Positions 59,756 to 64,000 of a stretch of 64,000 nucleotides of DNA are shown here, in pieces (position 1 is the first letter of the stretch; the number at the start of each line of letters is the position of its first letter). This stretch comes from Bacilli bacterium. Its GTDB lineage: Bacteria > Bacillota_I > Bacilli_A > RF39 > UBA660. Under the pieces are notes generated by a model. That model was not told the DNA's origin. It made no database searches and saw only the letters and a program-made list of their open reading frames with translations. Location of the stretch: positions 36,554-100,553 of the forward strand of contig JAFXPU010000022.1 in the NCBI GenBank assembly GCA_017527675.1, written 5' to 3'. A program made the position numbers and the translations under genes.

Positions 59756-60175
59756 ATGCCAACAATAAATCAATTAGTTAGAAAAAATAGAACTAAGAAA
59801 ACAAGAAAGAGTAAATCACCAGTGTTAAATATTGGATATAACAGTAAAGATAAAAAACAAACTAATCAAACTGCTCCACAAAAACGTGGTGTATGTACTC
59901 GTGTTGGAACCATGACACCAAAGAAACCAAACTCAGCATTACGTAAATATGCTCGTGTTAGATTATCTAATGGTATGGAAGTTACTGCTTACATTCCTGG
60001 AGAAGGTCATAACTTACAAGAGCACAGTGTTGTAATGATTCGTGGTGGACGTGTTAAAGACTTAATCGGTGTTCGTTATCATATCATTCGTGGTACTTTA
60101 GATACTGCTGGTATTGAAAAACGTCGTCAAGGTCGTTCAAAATATGGTACTAAAAAACCAAAACAAGCAAAATAA
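59756..60175 (+). CDS. rpsL: 30S ribosomal protein S12.
   Basis: PTINQLVRK...KRGVCTRV...[10 protein letters not shown]... Confidence 0.97.
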   Translation: MPTINQLVRKNRTKKTRKSKSPVLNIGYNSKDKKQTNQTAPQKRGVCTRVGTMTPKKPNSALRKYARVRLSNGMEVTAYIPGEGHNLQEHSVVMIRGGRVKDLIGVRYHIIRGTLDTAGIEKRRQGRSKYGTKKPKQAK

Positions 60176-60199
60176 TTAAATTAAATAAGGAGGAATAAT

Positions 60200-60667
60200 A
60201 TGCGTAAAAGACGTGCTGTAAAAAGAGACGTTTTACCAGATCCAATACATAATTCTAAATTAGTTACTAAATTAGTTAACAGTATTATGTTAGATGGTAA
60301 AAAAGGTACTGCTCAAAAAATATTATATGGTGCATTTGATATCGTTGCTGAAAAAACTGGCGAAAACCCAATTGACGTATTAGATAAAGCCATGGAAAAT
60401 ATTCGCCCAGCTCTAGAAGTTAAATCTAGACGTGTTGGTGGAGCTAACTACCAAGTACCAATCGAAGTTAAAGCTAATCGTGCTCAAGCACTTGCTCTTC
60501 GTTGGTTAACTCAATATGCAAGATTACGTGGAGGTCATTCAATGGCTGAAAAACTTGCAAACGAAATCATTGATGCTGCTAATGGCGTTGGTGGTGCTGT
60601 TAAAAAACGTGAAGATACACACAGAATGGCAGAAGCTAATAAAGCATTTGCTCATTATAGATGGTAA
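60200..60667 (+). CDS. rpsG: 30S ribosomal protein S7.
   Basis: Characteristic S7 sequence (DP.HNS..V.KL.N..M.DGKK..A). Confidence 0.97.
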   Translation: MRKRRAVKRDVLPDPIHNSKLVTKLVNSIMLDGKKGTAQKILYGAFDIVAEKTGENPIDVLDKAMENIRPALEVKSRRVGGANYQVPIEVKANRAQALALRWLTQYARLRGGHSMAEKLANEIIDAANGVGGAVKKREDTHRMAEANKAFAHYRW

Positions 60668-60685
60668 TAAGAAAGGAAATAGAAT

Positions 60686-62761
60686 ATGGCTCGTGAATAT
60701 AGCTTAGAAAATACTCGTAACCTTGGTATCATGGCTCATATTGATGCTGGTAAAACAACATTTACTGAGCGTGTACTTTTCCATACAGGTAAAATCCATA
60801 AAATAGGTGAAACACATGATGGTGAATCACAAATGGACTGGATGGAACAAGAGCAAGAACGTGGTATTACTATTACTTCAGCTGCTACTACTGCTTTCTG
60901 GAAAGGTCATAGATTAAATATAATCGATACTCCAGGACACGTAGACTTTACAGTTGAGGTATCAAGATCACTTCGTGTTTTAGATGGTGCTATTGCACTT
61001 CTAGACTCACAAGCTGGCGTTGAACCACAAACTGAAACTGTTTGGCGTCAAGCTACTGAATTCAAAGTACCTAGAATGTTCTTCTGTAATAAGATGGATA
61101 AAATGGGAGCTAACTTTGAATATAGTTTATCAACTATTGATTCAAGACTTGGTGTTAATGCAAAACCAATTCAATGGCCAATAGGGGCTGAAAATGAATT
61201 TAATGGTATTATTGATATCATTACTCGTACTGCATATCATTATAATGGTGAACAACACGAAGAACCAACTATTATTGATATACCAGAAGATTTAAAAGAT
61301 ATTGTAGAACAAAAGAGAACAGAATTAATTGAAGCTGTTGCTGAGTTCGATGATGAATTAATGGAAAAATACTTAGAAGGTGAAGAAGTTTCTGTAGATC
61401 TTATTAAAAGAGCTATCAGAAAAGGAACACTTGCTGTTGAATTCTTCCCAGTATTATGTGGTACAGCATTAGGAAATACTGGTGTTAAATTAGCACTAGA
61501 TGCTGTTATTGATTACTTACCATCACCAATTGATATTGAATCAATTAAAGGTGTTGATTTAGATGGTAATGAAATAGCTAGACATCCATCAGATGCTGAA
61601 CCATTCTCAGCTTTAGCATTCAAAGTTATGACAGATCCATTCGTTGGACGTTTAACATTCTTTAGAGTATATTCAGGACATTTAACTAGTGGTTCATATA
61701 CTTTAAATGCAACTAAAAATGTTAAAGAAAGAATTGGACGTATTTTACAAATGCATGCTAATAGCCGTACAGAAATTAGTGAAGTATGGACAGGTGATAT
61801 TGCCGCTGCTGTAGGTTTAAAAAATACTACAACAGGTGATACATTATGTGATGAAAAGAAACCATGTATTTTGGAATCTATGGAATTCCCAGAACCAGTT
61901 ATTGAACTTGCTGTTGAACCAAAATCAAAAGCAGATCAAGATAAGATGGCAGTTGCTTTACAAAAACTAGCTGAAGAAGATCCAACATTTAGAGCAACTA
62001 CTAACGTTGAAACTGGTCAAACTATTATTGCTGGTATGGGTGAACTTCACCTTGATATCATTGTTGATCGTATGAAAAGAGAATTCAATGTTGAAGCTAA
62101 CATTGGTCAACCTCAAGTTTCATATCGTGAAACTATAACTCAAGCTGCTGATTGTGAAGGTAAATATATTAAACAATCAGGTGGTCGTGGACAATATGGT
62201 CACGTTTGGGTTAAATTTGAACCAAATCCTGATAAAGGATATGAGTTCGTTGATGCTGTTGTTGGTGGTGTAGTTCCTCGTGAATATATTCCAGTAACAG
62301 ATAAAGGTTTACAAGAAGCTATGAAAACTGGTGTTTTAGCTGGATACCCAATGGTAGATGTTAAAGCAACATTATTTGATGGTTCATACCATGATGTTGA
62401 CTCATCAGAAATGGCTTTCAAAGTTGCTGCTTCATTAGCATTAAAAGAAGCTAAAAATAAATGTAAACCAATCTTACTTGAACCAATCATGAAAGTACAA
62501 GTAATTGTACCAGATGAATACTTAGGAAACGTTATGGGAGATATTACTTCTCGTCGTGGACGTCCTATGGGTCAAGAATCTCGTGGTAATGCTTTAGCAA
62601 TCGATGCTATGGTACCACTTTCAGAAATGTTTGGATATGCTACAGGCTTACGTTCTAATACACAAGGTCGTGGTAACTTTACTATGGTATTTGACCATTA
62701 TGAAGAAGTTCCAAGAAACATTGCTGAAGAAATTATTAAGAAAAATGGTGGAAATAACTAA
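60686..62761 (+). CDS. fusA: Elongation factor G.
   Basis: G1 [21 protein letters not shown], ~690 aa. Confidence 0.97.
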   Translation: MAREYSLENTRNLGIMAHIDAGKTTFTERVLFHTGKIHKIGETHDGESQMDWMEQEQERGITITSAATTAFWKGHRLNIIDTPGHVDFTVEVSRSLRVLDGAIALLDSQAGVEPQTETVWRQATEFKVPRMFFCNKMDKMGANFEYSLSTIDSRLGVNAKPIQWPIGAENEFNGIIDIITRTAYHYNGEQHEEPTIIDIPEDLKDIVEQKRTELIEAVAEFDDELMEKYLEGEEVSVDLIKRAIRKGTLAVEFFPVLCGTALGNTGVKLALDAVIDYLPSPIDIESIKGVDLDGNEIARHPSDAEPFSALAFKVMTDPFVGRLTFFRVYSGHLTSGSYTLNATKNVKERIGRILQMHANSRTEISEVWTGDIAAAVGLKNTTTGDTLCDEKKPCILESMEFPEPVIELAVEPKSKADQDKMAVALQKLAEEDPTFRATTNVETGQTIIAGMGELHLDIIVDRMKREFNVEANIGQPQVSYRETITQAADCEGKYIKQSGGRGQYGHVWVKFEPNPDKGYEFVDAVVGGVVPREYIPVTDKGLQEAMKTGVLAGYPMVDVKATLFDGSYHDVDSSEMAFKVAASLALKEAKNKCKPILLEPIMKVQVIVPDEYLGNVMGDITSRRGRPMGQESRGNALAIDAMVPLSEMFGYATGLRSNTQGRGNFTMVFDHYEEVPRNIAEEIIKKNGGNN

Positions 62762-62834
62762 TTTTTCTAAAAACTATTGCTATTTTATTAGGAATAATAT
62801 ATAATTATATTGTTAAATAAGGGAGGAAATTATT

Positions 62835-64000
62835 ATGGCAAAAGAAAAATTTGATCGTTCAAAACCACATGTTAACATTGGTACAATTGGACACGTAGAT
62901 CATGGTAAAACAACTTTAACTGCTGCTATTTCAAAATGTTTAGCTGGTAAAAATGGTAACCAAGCTGTTGATTTCGCTAACATTGATAAAGCACCAGAAG
63001 AAAGAGAACGTGGTATTACTATTAATACTGCACACATTGAGTATAGTACTGAAAAAAGACACTATGCACACGTTGACTGCCCAGGACATGCTGACTATGT
63101 TAAAAACATGATTACTGGTGCTGCTCAAATGGATGGAGCAATATTAGTTATTGCTGCAACTGACGGACCTATGGCTCAAACAAGAGAGCACATCTTATTA
63201 TCACGTCAAGTTGGTGTACCTCGTATGGTAGTATTCATGAACAAATGTGATATGGTAGATGACGCTGAGTTATTAGACTTAGTTGAAATGGAAATCCGTG
63301 AATTATTAAATGAATATGGATTCGATGGAGATAATACTCCAATTATCCGTGGTTCTGCTTTAAAAGCACTTGAAGGAGATCCAGCTTGGACTTCTAAGAT
63401 TGATGAATTAATGGATGCTGTAGATACTTGGATTGAAACTCCAGCAAGAGACATTGATAAACCATTCTTAATGCCAATTGAAGACGTTTTCACAATCACT
63501 GGACGTGGTACAGTTGTTACTGGACGTGTTGAACGTGGACAATTAAAATTAAATGACGAAGTTGAAATCGTTGGTTTAAAACCAACTAAGAAAACTGTTG
63601 TTACAGGAATTGAAATGTTCCGTAAACAATTAGACTATGCTGAATCAGGAGATAATGCCGGAGTATTATTACGTGGTATTGCTCGTGAAGAAGTTGAACG
63701 TGGACAAGTTCTTGCTAAACCAGGAACAGTTACTCCACATACTAAATTCAAAGCACAAGTTTATGTATTAAGTAAAGAAGAAGGTGGACGTCATACTCCA
63801 TTCTTCACAAACTATCGTCCTCAATTCTATTTTAGAACTACAGACGTTACTGGTGTTATTGAATTACCTGCTGGTGTTGAAATGGTTATGCCAGGAGATA
63901 ACGTTGAAATGACAGTTGAATTAATAGCTCCAATCGCTATTGAAAACGGAACTAAATTCTCAATCCGTGAAGGTGGTAGAACAGTTGGTTCTGGTAACAT
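62835..64000 (+). CDS. tuf: Elongation factor Tu (partial, runs off the window end).
   Basis: [32 protein letters not shown]..., [12 protein letters not shown]. Absent from the ORF track because there is no stop within the window. Confidence 0.95.
   Translation, partial: MAKEKFDRSKPHVNIGTIGHVDHGKTTLTAAISKCLAGKNGNQAVDFANIDKAPEERERGITINTAHIEYSTEKRHYAHVDCPGHADYVKNMITGAAQMDGAILVIAATDGPMAQTREHILLSRQVGVPRMVVFMNKCDMVDDAELLDLVEMEIRELLNEYGFDGDNTPIIRGSALKALEGDPAWTSKIDELMDAVDTWIETPARDIDKPFLMPIEDVFTITGRGTVVTGRVERGQLKLNDEVEIVGLKPTKKTVVTGIEMFRKQLDYAESGDNAGVLLRGIAREEVERGQVLAKPGTVTPHTKFKAQVYVLSKEEGGRHTPFFTNYRPQFYFRTTDVTGVIELPAGVEMVMPGDNVEMTVELIAPIAIENGTKFSIREGGRTVGSGN

Noticed and set aside
1-64000. Search for CRISPR arrays, tRNA/rRNA genes and retron-like ncRNA.
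   Set aside because: I saw no regularly spaced short direct repeats with unique spacers and no cloverleaf-compatible 70-90 nt GC-richer islands. The repeats I did find are single pairs (35 bp and 45 bp), not arrays.

Overview
This is a low-GC (~28%) Firmicutes-type chromosomal window that uses the standard genetic code (TGA is a stop). Ribosomal protein S12 has the Bacillus-type insertion. The ORF track protein 26648..29032 resembles B. subtilis YkuG (referred to below as YkuG-like).

A housekeeping backbone occupies the right half, ~42.4-64.0 kb. It carries an SPFH protein, a MutT-type Nudix hydrolase, a PBP5-type DD-carboxypeptidase, an HD hydrolase, an ABC-2 exporter, yqeG-yqeH, uvrA, a MacB-like ABC protein, and the str operon rpsL-rpsG-fusA-tuf, with tuf truncated at the window end.

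The left ~35 kb (~2.9-37.5 kb) looks like an integrative conjugative element. It resembles the clostridial Tcp/Tn916 type and has two parts.
- Conjugation backbone: SSB, a VirB6-like membrane protein, a VirB4-like ATPase, an M23 peptidoglycan hydrolase, a VirD4-type coupling protein, a ribbon-helix-helix (RHH) protein, an accessory protein and an HxDxxNxHxH relaxase, with a candidate oriT upstream.
- Recombinase: a large serine recombinase sits at the right end.

The element carries a large secreted or surface-protein cargo.
- A putative thioester-domain / Cna-B-repeat adhesin with its own sortase.
- BNR-repeat and paralogous secreted proteins.
- A YkuG-like wall hydrolase without a signal peptide.
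- A streptogrisin-like S1 protease.
- Two membrane-tethered XRE regulators.

Beyond it lie further accessory genes.
- A Fic gene flanked by a duplicated 45-bp terminator.
- A mazEF-ASCH-Nudix-GNAT operon.
- A tandem pair of overlapping VanY-type carboxypeptidase genes.

I found no tRNA, rRNA or CRISPR. All domain assignments come from motifs read by eye, not from database searches.
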